From Clostridia bacterium (GTDB taxonomy: Bacteria > Bacillota > Clostridia > Christensenellales > Aristaeellaceae), in NCBI GenBank assembly GCA_017532155.1, contig JAFXJP010000048.1:231-64230 (forward strand): a stretch of DNA of 64,000 nucleotides, written 5' to 3'. Made by a program: the position numbers and the translations under genes. Position 1 is the stretch's first letter. Every line of letters starts with the position of its first letter. Positions 55,432 through 64,000 of this stretch are shown piece after piece. The notes beneath the pieces were generated by a model. That model worked only from the letters and a program-made list of their open reading frames with translations, was not told where the DNA came from and did no database searches.

Positions 55432-56742
55432 ATGCCAAAGATTACTTTTATGGGCGCCGGTTCCTCGGTGTTTGCCAAGAATGTGCTGGGCGACAGCATG
55501 ATGACGCCTTCTCTTCAGGACAGTGTGATTGCCCTGTATGATATTGATCCGGTGCGTCTGGATGACAGCTACCGGATGCTCATGGCTATCAAGAAGAACG
55601 TGGGCAGCGATGCGAAGATCGAAAAATACTGCGGCGTGGAAAATCGCAAGGATGCTCTGCGCGGCGCAAACTATGTGGTGGACGCCATTCAGGTGGGCCT
55701 GTATGAGCCCTGCACGGTGACGGACTTTGAAGTGCCCAAGAAATACGGCCTGCGCCAGACGATTGCCGATACGCTCGGCATTGGCGGTATTTTCCGCGCG
55801 CTGCGCACAATCCCGGTGCTGGATGATTTTGCCCGCGATATGCAGGAAGTTTGTCCCGATGCCTGGTTCCTCAATTATACCAATCCCATGGCGATGCTGG
55901 CGGGCTATATGCAGCGCTATACCGATGTAAAGACGGTTGGCCTTTGCCACAGCGTGCAGGTGTGCGTGCCCAAGCTCCTGGAAGGCCTGGGAATGGAATA
56001 TGACGATACCATTCAGTGGAAGATTGCCGGTATCAACCACCAGGCCTGGCTGCTGGAAGTGAAGGATAAGGACGGCAATGATCTGTATCCTGAGATCAAG
56101 CGCCGCGCGCTGAACCGCACCGAAAAGCATAACGACATGGTGCGTTATGAGATCATGAAGCGCTTTGGCTATTATGTGACGGAATCCAGCGAGCACAACG
56201 CCGAGTACATGCCTTACTTCATTAAGGATAAGTATCCCGAGCTGATTGAGCGCTTCAATATTCCGCTGGATGAATATCCCCGCCGCTGTATCAAGCACAT
56301 TGAAAAATGGGCTCAGCAGCGCGAGGAGCTGACGCTCAATCCCACGCTGACGCATGTGCGTTCCAAGGAATACGCCAGCCGTATTATGGATGCAATGGAG
56401 ACCAATATTCCTTATAAAATCGGCGGAAATGTGCTCAATACCGGCCTGATTACCAACCTGCCCCGCAATTGCTGCGTTGAAGTTCCCTGCATTGTGGATA
56501 AGAGCGGCGTAACGCCTACTTACGTTGGCGATCTGCCTGAGCAGTGCGCGGCCATGAACCGCACCAACATCAACGTGCAGCTGCTCACCATTGAAGCTGC
56601 GAAGACCCTGAAGAAGGATTATATCTATCAGGCTGCGCTGATGGATCCGCATCTGCAGAGCGAATTGTCGATTGACGACATCGTTGCGCTGTGCGATGAT
56701 CTGATTGCGGCGCATGACGGCTGGCTGCCGAAATATCGCTGA
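55432..56742 (+). CDS. Glycoside hydrolase family 4 (alpha-galactosidase/alpha-glucosidase, NAD- and Mn-dependent)
   Basis: Trimmed from ORF 55255..56742 to the ATG at 55432 after GAGGAAGGGAG. MPKITFMGAGSSVF (NAD fold) and the GLCHSV motif. Confidence 0.88.
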   Translation: MPKITFMGAGSSVFAKNVLGDSMMTPSLQDSVIALYDIDPVRLDDSYRMLMAIKKNVGSDAKIEKYCGVENRKDALRGANYVVDAIQVGLYEPCTVTDFEVPKKYGLRQTIADTLGIGGIFRALRTIPVLDDFARDMQEVCPDAWFLNYTNPMAMLAGYMQRYTDVKTVGLCHSVQVCVPKLLEGLGMEYDDTIQWKIAGINHQAWLLEVKDKDGNDLYPEIKRRALNRTEKHNDMVRYEIMKRFGYYVTESSEHNAEYMPYFIKDKYPELIERFNIPLDEYPRRCIKHIEKWAQQREELTLNPTLTHVRSKEYASRIMDAMETNIPYKIGGNVLNTGLITNLPRNCCVEVPCIVDKSGVTPTYVGDLPEQCAAMNRTNINVQLLTIEAAKTLKKDYIYQAALMDPHLQSELSIDDIVALCDDLIAAHDGWLPKYR

Positions 56743-56748
56743 TAAAAC

Positions 56749-56780
56749 AAAACCGGACTGATTTTTCAGTCCGGTTTTTT
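56749..56780. terminator. Bidirectional terminator overlapping the 3' end of the minus-strand DUF218 gene
   Basis: Stem AAAACCGGACTG / CAGTCCGGTTTT, then T6. Confidence 0.8.
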
Positions 56781-57323
56781 ATTGGGATCAGGAATGCCAA
56801 GGCCGTACATGATTTTGAGATACCACTTCGGCCGCTTTTTGTCAGAATCCTGAAAGCCTAAAAGATAGTCGATCAGCCGCAGCGGCTCCAGACGAATGGA
56901 AGCCGGGGCGAGCTTATAGGGAATGTGCGCGCTGCGGGTGCTGGCTTTCATATGGGCAGATCGGCGGCAGATGATGCGCGCGCGCAGGGCGTGATAATGG
57001 CTGGTGACGATCAACACGTGCGGATTGTCCCTGCACAGCACCTGCTTTGCGCGCAGCATATTTTCTACGGTGATCTGCGATGTATCCTCTTTGATGATTG
57101 CTTCCTGCGGAATGCCTGCCTGCAGAAGATGCTGCTCCATGACGGCGGCTTCAGTGATGGGCGTGCCGGGCGTTTGCCCTCCGCAGGGGATGATCAGAGG
57201 GGACAAGCCTTTGTGATAACACTGCACAGCCTTGCGGATGCGCAGCAGCAGTTCTTCCCTGGGAGAACCATCTGCGTTGAGCTTGAGGCCAAGCAGCAAT
57301 ATGGCGTCGTAGCTTCTTTTCAT
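56766..57323 (-). CDS. YdcF/DUF218-family protein
   Basis: ATG at 57323 after GAGGTG. Motifs DAILLLGLKLNADGSP and IIPCGGQT. Confidence 0.75.
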   Translation of the reverse strand: MKRSYDAILLLGLKLNADGSPREELLLRIRKAVQCYHKGLSPLIIPCGGQTPGTPITEAAVMEQHLLQAGIPQEAIIKEDTSQITVENMLRAKQVLCRDNPHVLIVTSHYHALRARIICRRSAHMKASTRSAHIPYKLAPASIRLEPLRLIDYLLGFQDSDKKRPKWYLKIMYGLGIPDPNKKPD

Positions 57324-57487
57324 GCGTAACACCTCAGCGCTATTATAGTTTGGAAAAGGGAAAAGCGCAAGCGCAATAATGCGGTATTTAGTCTTTTCAT
57401 TGCAGAAAAACTGTGTTATACTGTAATGGATTTGGAAAACATCTGTACTATGTCTGAATATATGATAATCAGGAGGTACGCAACAAA

Positions 57488-58861
57488 ATGAATAAGCAAA
57501 CCCGTAAGTACGATGTGTGTGTGATCGGCGCCGGCCCGGGCGGTATTTCGGCTGCGCTGGCGGCTGCGCGCAATGGCGCCAAGGTGCTTCTGGTGGAACA
57601 GAACGGTTATGTGGGCGGCAACCTTGTGATTGGTTTGCCCTTGCTGGGTTATCTGGATAAGGACGGCAACACCGTGACTGCCGGCATCGCGCAGGAGCTG
57701 GTGGATGCGCTGGCTGAGCGCAACGCGACCTTTGGCCATCGCTGGTGCCCGATGCACAACTCCGTAACGCTCTATGATCATGAGCAGCTTAAGATCATTC
57801 TGTTTGAAAAGCTGCTGGAAGCCAACGTTGAAATGCTGCTGCATGCGAATGTCGGCGATGTAAACGTCGAGTGCGGCAAGATCAAGGATATTACCGTGTG
57901 CGGCAAGGGCTGGCAGATTGATGTGGAAGCGAAAATCTACATTGATGGCACGGGCGACGGCGATGTGGCCTATCTGGCCGGCTGCCGCTATGAAAAGGGC
58001 CCGGATAACAGCGGCAAACTGCAGCCGCCCACGCTGATGTGCACGGTAGCGGACGTAGATGTAAGCAAACTGCATGATTTCATCGAAAAAGATCCCGAGC
58101 AGATGGTGCTTTCTGAGACGACGGAAGTCTATCCCGGCTACGACGCCGATTATTTCCGTGCTTCTCCCAATCATGTGCTGGTGGGTATGCGCAAAATGTT
58201 CACCGAATTGCGTGAAAAGGGCGAATTGCCCGTCGCACGCGATACTTTGATCTATATTAACAGCGTGGTTGACGGCGAAGTGCATCTCAACTGCACGCGT
58301 CATGCTGGCATTGACGGCAGCGATGTGTTTGATCTGACCCGTGCGGAGATCGAAGCGCATCTGCAGATTCCCAAACTTGTAGAATGCCTGCGTAAACATA
58401 TGCCGGGCTTCGAAAATGCTCGTTTGACGCAGATTTATCCCTTCCTGGGCGTGCGCGAGACGCGTCGCTTTGCCGGTATCAAGACGCTGTGCGAAAAGGA
58501 TATCCTGGAAGGCACGCTGCATGAGGATTCCATTGGTCTGGGCTCTTACATCATCGATATTCACGATGGCGCGGGACTCAGCACGATCGTCAAGAAGATT
58601 CCGCCCTATGGCATTCCCTATGGCGTGACTGTCAGCAGAGATGTGGACAACCTGATGTTTGCCGGTCGTTGTGCGTCGCTTGACAGCGTGGTGATGAGCT
58701 CTGCGCGCGTCATGCCCACGATGATGGTGATCGGCCAGGCTGCCGGCGTTGGCGCTGCGATGGCAGTGAAGAACGATATTCTTCCTGCGGATGTGGATGT
58801 GCCTGCGCTGCGTGAAAATTTGATCCAGGCCGGCGTTTTGATGGAAGCGATCAAAAAATAA
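57488..58861 (+). CDS. FAD-dependent oxidoreductase
   Basis: Dinucleotide fold YDVCVIGAGPGGISAALAAARNGAKVLLVEQ. Confidence 0.85.
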   Translation: MNKQTRKYDVCVIGAGPGGISAALAAARNGAKVLLVEQNGYVGGNLVIGLPLLGYLDKDGNTVTAGIAQELVDALAERNATFGHRWCPMHNSVTLYDHEQLKIILFEKLLEANVEMLLHANVGDVNVECGKIKDITVCGKGWQIDVEAKIYIDGTGDGDVAYLAGCRYEKGPDNSGKLQPPTLMCTVADVDVSKLHDFIEKDPEQMVLSETTEVYPGYDADYFRASPNHVLVGMRKMFTELREKGELPVARDTLIYINSVVDGEVHLNCTRHAGIDGSDVFDLTRAEIEAHLQIPKLVECLRKHMPGFENARLTQIYPFLGVRETRRFAGIKTLCEKDILEGTLHEDSIGLGSYIIDIHDGAGLSTIVKKIPPYGIPYGVTVSRDVDNLMFAGRCASLDSVVMSSARVMPTMMVIGQAAGVGAAMAVKNDILPADVDVPALRENLIQAGVLMEAIKK

Positions 58862-58929
58862 TTTTTGACAAATAAAAAATACTGAAGTTTAAAGAAAACA
58901 GAATGCTCATAAACTGAAGTACAAATATT

Positions 58930-58959
58930 AAAGACAGCCTTTCGGGGCTGTCTTTTTTT
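58930..58959 (+). terminator. Rho-independent terminator marking the compositional boundary
   Basis: Stem GACAGCC / GGCTGTC, then T7. Confidence 0.8.
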
Positions 58960-59000
58960 GTTACATCGCAATTCTTTCTATATATAAATACAAAGTTTCT

Positions 59001-59260
59001 ATGTAACCGAAGAAATCTGAAATCACATAATTTGGCAACTCGAAAACGCGAGCAATAAAAATACATGTAACCGATTATGTAACCAAATGACTTGTTTATT
59101 ACGAAAAAATTACAGGGCGAGTTTTGGAAATATTGATATGAAACTGTTATAAAGATGTATAAAGTGGTATATATTTAAACAAATTTGGAATATTACTAAT
59201 GACGACGTAATTTTTCAAGTTTTTTTGTAATTCGGTGAATATGTAACCGCTCATGTAATC
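59001..59260 (+). promoter_or_regulatory. Repeated ATGTAAC(C) motif, a candidate transcription-factor binding site
   Basis: ATGTAACC at 59001, 59065, 59077 and 59241. ATGTAATC at 59253. A reverse ATGTAAC at 58960-58966. Two pairs have exactly 12-bp spacing. Confidence 0.5.
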
Positions 59261-59266
59261 CTGAAT

Positions 59267-59275
59267 TGGTATAAT
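59267..59275 (+). promoter_or_regulatory. Extended -10 element of the surface-protein operon promoter
   Basis: TGgTATAAT. The proximal ATGTAAC pair occupies the -35 region. Confidence 0.55.
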
Positions 59276-59352
59276 GCTAGCGTAAACTAGTAAAGTGGGT
59301 GTATAAAATACGCCTGATTGCCAAAAATGGTTTTTATAAGGAGGCAAAAACG

Positions 59353-60639
59353 ATGGAAAAGAAAATGCTGAAAAGGAGCCTGGCAGTATGGATGGTTTTG
59401 GTCCTGCTGTTCATTTCTGTTGCTCCTGTCGCCATGATGGAAGGCGAAGAAGCATCTACCCCTGAGGCTCAGGAAACTGTCAGCGTCGATAATAATATTA
59501 ATGAAGAAGCTGATGAGTTACTTGACGAAAACGCAGAAATGTTGGATAATGTAACCAGCGCGCCTGCGACTGTTGAGGAACCTGCTGCTGAGGAAGCCCC
59601 TGTTGCGGAAGAACCCGCTGTCGAGGAACCCGCTGTGGAAGAGCCCGCTGTGGAAGAGCCCGCTGCTGAGGAAGCCCCCGCTGTCGAGGAGCCTGCTGTG
59701 GAAGAACCCGCTGCCGAGGAACCCGCTGCTGAGGAAGCTCCCGTTGCGGAAGAGCCCGCTGTCGAGGAACCCGCTGTGGAAGAGCCCGCTGCTGAGGAAC
59801 CCGCTGCTGAGGAAGCTCCCGTTGCGGAAGAGCCCGCTGCCGAGGAAGCCCCTGTTGCGGAAGAACCCGCCGTCGAGGAGCCCGCTGTCGAGGAACCTGC
59901 TGTTGAGGAACCCGCTGTGGAAGAACCCGTAGCTGAGGAACCCTCCGCTGCCGAGGAGCCCGCTGCTGAGGAAACTCCCGTAGTGGAAGAGCCCGTAGCT
60001 GAGGAACCCTCCGCTGCCGAGGAGCCCGCTGCTGAGGAAACTCCCGTAGTGGAAGAGCCCGTAGCTGAGGAACCCTCTGCCGAGGAGCCCGCTGTCGAGG
60101 AACCTGCTACCGAAGAGCCTGTGGTGGAAGAAGTTGACCATGTCTACTTTGACTATGCTGCCATTCTGTATAGCGAGCCCAGCGTTAATAGCGATTGGCT
60201 CATCACCATTCCTGGTCCTTCTGAGCATGTCGTGCTCGATTATCCCGCGGACAATTGGGCTCAGATCGAGTACTACGATGCCGAAACCGAAACGCTGCTC
60301 AATGGTTATGTTTATTGCCTGGAGGAGGCGCCTGTGATCCCCGACGATGCCGAGCACATCGCTACCCTCGAGGATGCTCTCGCTCCCGACTGCTCCATTG
60401 ATATTTATGTTTCCTGGGGCGATCAGGAAGCGGCCATCGGCAATACTGCCACCCTTTATGCCTCCCTTAATGGTTATGATAATGTTATCTATTATATCCA
60501 GTGGCAGACCAGCAAGGATGGCTCTAACTGGGCCGATATCGATGGCGCCATGGGCTACACTCTGCCGGTGACCGTCACCATGGACAATTACATGGATTAC
60601 TGGCGCGTTGTCGTTACTGTAACTGCTGTTAAGGAGTAA
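59353..60639 (+). CDS. Secreted protein with a long acidic (E-E-P-A-V)n repeat stalk and a C-terminal globular region
   Basis: ATG at 59353 after AAGGAGGC. Signal peptide [23 protein letters not shown]. About 185 residues of [15 protein letters not shown] units. Confidence 0.85.
   Translation: MEKKMLKRSLAVWMVLVLLFISVAPVAMMEGEEASTPEAQETVSVDNNINEEADELLDENAEMLDNVTSAPATVEEPAAEEAPVAEEPAVEEPAVEEPAVEEPAAEEAPAVEEPAVEEPAAEEPAAEEAPVAEEPAVEEPAVEEPAAEEPAAEEAPVAEEPAAEEAPVAEEPAVEEPAVEEPAVEEPAVEEPVAEEPSAAEEPAAEETPVVEEPVAEEPSAAEEPAAEETPVVEEPVAEEPSAEEPAVEEPATEEPVVEEVDHVYFDYAAILYSEPSVNSDWLITIPGPSEHVVLDYPADNWAQIEYYDAETETLLNGYVYCLEEAPVIPDDAEHIATLEDALAPDCSIDIYVSWGDQEAAIGNTATLYASLNGYDNVIYYIQWQTSKDGSNWADIDGAMGYTLPVTVTMDNYMDYWRVVVTVTAVKE
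59572..60132 (+). repeat. Coding tandem repeat (15-nt basic period with higher-order units)
   Basis: Two perfect 66-nt copies at 59929-59994 and 59995-60060, plus a diverged third copy starting at 60061. Confidence 0.9.
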
Positions 60640-60681
60640 TTTCTTCTTATTATATATCACAACGTAGTTTAGGAGGAAGCA

Positions 60682-63600
60682 ATGATGAATAACAACATCA
60701 TGCGTAGAACAGTGGCATGGATCCTGACGCTCGTCATGTTCATGTCCTGCGTTCCCACTGGCGTACTGGCGGATATTATTCACGTCAGTAACGCTGTGCA
60801 GCCCTTCTCGCTGTTACCGGTGGATGAAACGCCCTACATCACTTACACGTTTACGGGTGATGGCGTAGATCCCGTTACTCAGATAGTGGGTAATGGGGAA
60901 GAGTTGTATGCGCCTAAGTCTCCCGAAAAGGAAGGCTATCAGTTCCTGGGCTGGTATACCGATGCTAATGTCAAGTTTGACAGTTTTGGTATCCAGAGTG
61001 TTACTGAGAGCGATGAAATTACTCTGACGGCGAAGTTCCAGAAGATTTACTATGTCTTCTTCCTGGATACTACCGGCCGCGTCATTAAAACTAAGAATAC
61101 AGTTGATCACGTTGAAAACGGTGCTATCAGCTGCAATGATGTCATCTTTGATGTTGGTGCCGAAGAGTCCATCGTTGGTTGGTATACCGATTCCGGCCTT
61201 ACTAATAAGGTCGATACTGTTATGCCTACCGATAGCAATATCACCCTGTATCCTAAGATTGGTACCGGTAACTGGATTACCTACGATGCGCAGGGCTATA
61301 TCGTTAATGATGCTGGTACGATCATTAACAAGGAAGGTGTAAACGTAAAGCCTGCTGCTACTTATGTTGTGCCTGCCTTTGTTGCGGCTAATGGCGCATC
61401 TAAGGAGCCTGATGAGCCTACGCGTGTTGGCTATACGTTTAAGGGCTGGGTGACGGAGAGCGGCGCTGCCTTTACATTTGGCGAGGCGCTTACTGCTCCT
61501 GTTACGCTGTATGCTACTTGGCTGGGCGCCAAGACGCAGTATACCGTTGTGCATTGGCAGGAAAATGCCAACTGGAAAAACCCCTATTTGGCTGCCGAGC
61601 TGCGTGATGCTACGCAGTGGGGTCTTGCTGATACAGAGACGATCGAAGATGTTTATGCGGGTTCAGAGACTGATGCAGAAGCAAACTCCTATACTGGCTT
61701 TGATGCGCAGCCTATTGAGCAAACTACTGTCAATGGTGATGGTTCTACCATTGTAAACGTTTATTATACGCGTAAAGAATACAGTGTTAAATTCTATAGT
61801 CGTTATGGTGTTACGCTTTATGCATGTGGTAAGCAAGAACATGAGCACGACTATGATTATCGTAGATGGAATAATAACCGATATAATTATTATGGTGGAT
61901 GTTATTCGGATACTGTTGCTAATCAAATAGTTTGCACAATTGAGGAGCACAATCATTCGTCCTCTTGCGGAACAATTGCAACCGCTTCTGATCTCGAAAT
62001 TACCAGTTTCCGTATTACTGCAAAATATGGTGCTACAATTACAAGTGCTTGGCCCAAAACTAGTGCTCAAGGCTCTAACTGGTCAACGAATTCAAGTGGT
62101 GATTCTCCCTGGCAGGCTAACATTGCAGTAATGCCGCTTAATGGTGATGAATTCTGGGTTCCTGATATTAGTGGTAGTAATAAGTATAGTGCTACTTATT
62201 ATGTGGAAGTCCTTCCTGGAGAGACGGGTACTACAACGGTTGACAATATAAAGTACAAAGTGCATCATATTGATGAAATAAAAGGTAACGGATTTACCGT
62301 TTCTGCTGAAGATCAATATGATATTGATGGTTTTACTTTTAATTCTGCCCCCAGTACTGATATTGGTGAATCATATAGTAATTCAGAATTTTATTACAAG
62401 CGTGATACATATTATATTAATTTCTTCAATAATGGTACTCAAGTACACACGGTTCCTAAGCTCTTCGAAGAGAGCATTGCGGATGTAAGCTATACGCCTG
62501 ATCGTCCTGCCAGTATTCCGAAAGAGTATACCTTCCAGGGCTGGTATCAGGCTGAAAATGGCGCCGGTGATAAGTTTGTATTCACCGGAACGATGCCTTC
62601 GCATAACATCACGTTGCATGCTTACTGGGCGCCTCCGACCTTTAAAGGTACCATCCATATCACCATGGCGGGTACGGGCGGTACGGAAACGGTTGACATT
62701 GCATATGGTAGCATGCTGACAGAAGACGATCTAAGCGATATTAAAGATAAGGTCGAGATCCCTGATGGCTACGAGTGGGCTGGCTGGTGCATCAAGAATG
62801 AAAAGGGCGAACTGGTTCCCTTTAACCATAATCAGCAGCTGTATGACAATGTTACGCTGTATCCCAAATACGTTTCTACTTCTTCCTTCACTGTCACCTA
62901 TAAATTGGGTGAGGGAAGCGGCACTGCGCCTGTTGACAGCAAGAATTACGCCCAGGACGCCTATGCTGACGTCATGGCTGCCACCGGCGTGACTGCGCCC
63001 ACGGGTAAGGTGTTCCTTTACTGGGTTTCTTCTGTGGATGGTAAGACCTACTATCCGCAGGATAAGCTGCAGATGCCTGACAAGAACGTCACCCTGACGG
63101 CTGTGTACGGCCCTGTGGCTGCTACTACGCAGGTAACCTACAACGATAACTTCAGCGGTAAGATCTATACGCCTAAGCAGCTGCTGAACAACGAGAAGAT
63201 CACTGTTCTCAGCTACGACGCAACCGGTCTGCCTGTGCGCAGTGGTTACAAGTTCATTGGCTGGTCCACGAAGAGCGGCGATAATAATACTGTTGATTTC
63301 GCGGCTGGTACTGAAGCGCGCGTTAATACCCAAAATGCGGAAAATAACGTGCTGTATGCTGTATGGCAGGAAGATACTTTTGATGTGACGGTTCGCTATT
63401 ATTGGGTGGGCACGACTACGAAGATGGACGAGAAGGCCCTTGGTAAGATCCAGTATGGCACTGAAGTGAATAGCAACGAGCATGTAAAGAGTATCGATGG
63501 TTATACTTTTGCTTATGCAGACCCTGTTACGCTGACAGTAACGAATGATGCGTCTAAGAATATCATCAATATCTACTATTATAAGAACGTGACGGTGACC

Positions 63601-64000
63601 GCGAATGACGTCAATGTTCCTTATGATGGAGAAAAGCACGGCGTTAATGATACGCCGGGTGCGGTGCTCTCTGGTCAGGCGGACGGCCATAAGCTTGGTG
63701 ATTATAAACTGAGCGGAGAGGCTGGCCCTGATGCAGGCACATATCCCAAAGTAATCGTGGTTTCTGACGCCAAGATTGTTGACGCGGGTAATAACGATGT
63801 TACGAATGGCTATAAGATTAGTTATGTTCCTGGCGATGTAACAATCACGCCTGTTGATAAGGTTACGGTTACCATCACCGAGAACTCTGGCAGTGAGAAG
63901 TACGATGGCACCGAAAAGACCATCACTGGTTATACTGTGTCTATCGACAACGAGCTGTACACTGAAGCCGACTTCACCTTCAGCGGCAACGCTACCGTAA
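60682..64000 (+). CDS. Giant cell-surface adhesin-like protein, 3'-truncated by the window end (more than 1106 codons)
   Basis: Not in the supplied ORF track because no stop lies inside the window. I translated it by hand from the ATG at 60682 (AGGAGGA RBS) and found no stop through 63999. It has a signal peptide and at least 7 Listeria-Bacteroides (InlB B-repeat) type units (GYQFLGWYTD, IVGWYTD, GYTFKGWVTE, YTFQGWYQ, GYEWAGWC, GYKFIGWST). YDG-type repeat units start near 63590. Confidence 0.85.
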   Translation, partial: MMNNNIMRRTVAWILTLVMFMSCVPTGVLADIIHVSNAVQPFSLLPVDETPYITYTFTGDGVDPVTQIVGNGEELYAPKSPEKEGYQFLGWYTDANVKFDSFGIQSVTESDEITLTAKFQKIYYVFFLDTTGRVIKTKNTVDHVENGAISCNDVIFDVGAEESIVGWYTDSGLTNKVDTVMPTDSNITLYPKIGTGNWITYDAQGYIVNDAGTIINKEGVNVKPAATYVVPAFVAANGASKEPDEPTRVGYTFKGWVTESGAAFTFGEALTAPVTLYATWLGAKTQYTVVHWQENANWKNPYLAAELRDATQWGLADTETIEDVYAGSETDAEANSYTGFDAQPIEQTTVNGDGSTIVNVYYTRKEYSVKFYSRYGVTLYACGKQEHEHDYDYRRWNNNRYNYYGGCYSDTVANQIVCTIEEHNHSSSCGTIATASDLEITSFRITAKYGATITSAWPKTSAQGSNWSTNSSGDSPWQANIAVMPLNGDEFWVPDISGSNKYSATYYVEVLPGETGTTTVDNIKYKVHHIDEIKGNGFTVSAEDQYDIDGFTFNSAPSTDIGESYSNSEFYYKRDTYYINFFNNGTQVHTVPKLFEESIADVSYTPDRPASIPKEYTFQGWYQAENGAGDKFVFTGTMPSHNITLHAYWAPPTFKGTIHITMAGTGGTETVDIAYGSMLTEDDLSDIKDKVEIPDGYEWAGWCIKNEKGELVPFNHNQQLYDNVTLYPKYVSTSSFTVTYKLGEGSGTAPVDSKNYAQDAYADVMAATGVTAPTGKVFLYWVSSVDGKTYYPQDKLQMPDKNVTLTAVYGPVAATTQVTYNDNFSGKIYTPKQLLNNEKITVLSYDATGLPVRSGYKFIGWSTKSGDNNTVDFAAGTEARVNTQNAENNVLYAVWQEDTFDVTVRYYWVGTTTKMDEKALGKIQYGTEVNSNEHVKSIDGYTFAYADPVTLTVTNDASKNIINIYYYKNVTVTANDVNVPYDGEKHGVNDTPGAVLSGQADGHKLGDYKLSGEAGPDAGTYPKVIVVSDAKIVDAGNNDVTNGYKISYVPGDVTITPVDKVTVTITENSGSEKYDGTEKTITGYTVSIDNELYTEADFTFSGNATV

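Noticed and set aside
59147-59347. A 66-aa minus-strand ORF in the AT-rich region upstream of the surface-protein operon.
   Set aside because: It has no RBS, it lies in 23-28% GC promoter DNA where stop-free stretches arise by chance, and it overlaps the predicted promoter and RBS of the plus-strand gene.
59572-60132. Possible CRISPR array or non-coding satellite, given the dense short repeats.
   Set aside because: There are no unique spacers of constant length. The repeat period is a multiple of 3 and stays in frame within a secreted-protein gene. No cas genes are present.
59518-60783. A 421-aa minus-strand ORF ([11 protein letters not shown] repeats) and a 119-aa plus-strand ORF (PLLRK repeats) across the EEPAV repeat.
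   Set aside because: These are alternative-frame readings of the same 15-nt repeat. The sense frame has an RBS, a signal peptide and a non-repetitive C-terminus.
60814-63690. Five minus-strand ORFs of 74-319 aa listed in the track.
   Set aside because: They lie antisense to a continuous plus-strand frame of more than 1100 codons that has an RBS, a signal peptide and recognisable adhesin repeats. None has an RBS or motifs.
58862-64000. The low-GC locus as a prophage, ICE or transposon.
   Set aside because: No integrase, transposase, recombinase, tRNA target or terminal repeats are visible in the part inside the window. Only the compositional shift is supported, so it is reported as an anomaly rather than a mobile element.

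Overview
This is a 64-kb chromosomal window from a Firmicute with roughly 55-58% GC and Clostridia-type gene content. I cannot determine the exact taxon from the sequence alone. The window covers the replication-origin neighbourhood (dnaA, a DnaA-box cluster, parA-parB) plus about 55 tightly packed protein genes. Most are housekeeping or metabolic: glyQS, galK-galT, trkA-trkH, two ABC half-transporters, an ABC-F ATPase, a SNF2/SWIM helicase, TrmH, UppP, a small alarmone synthetase, and a GH4 glycosidase with two AraC regulators. I recognised no rRNA, tRNA, CRISPR array, transposase or integrase.

Four things are most worth a second look:
- A six-gene minus-strand operon (28572-33911) packs a secreted CotH-type kinase against an OmpR/PhoR-type two-component system. 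Two paralogous secreted proteins bracket it, and one carries a 12-unit TPD repeat tail. The response regulator is split by a 1-nt frameshift in a homopolymer.
- Two non-coding blocks (12-322 and 19266-19547) consist of back-to-back unrelated hairpins. The second is flanked by a perfect 24-bp direct repeat that is itself a terminator hairpin.
- A sharp compositional break at about 58.9 kb leads into a low-GC surface-protein locus. It has repeated ATGTAACC promoter motifs, an acidic EEPAV-repeat protein, and a partial adhesin of more than 1100 aa that the ORF track misses. That adhesin has a duplicated C-x3-E-H-x-H motif inside an even lower-GC insert.
- Origin synteny is atypical, with no dnaN downstream of dnaA.

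All product calls come from motif recognition by eye. No database search or folding program was run, and start codons were chosen from RBS spacing.
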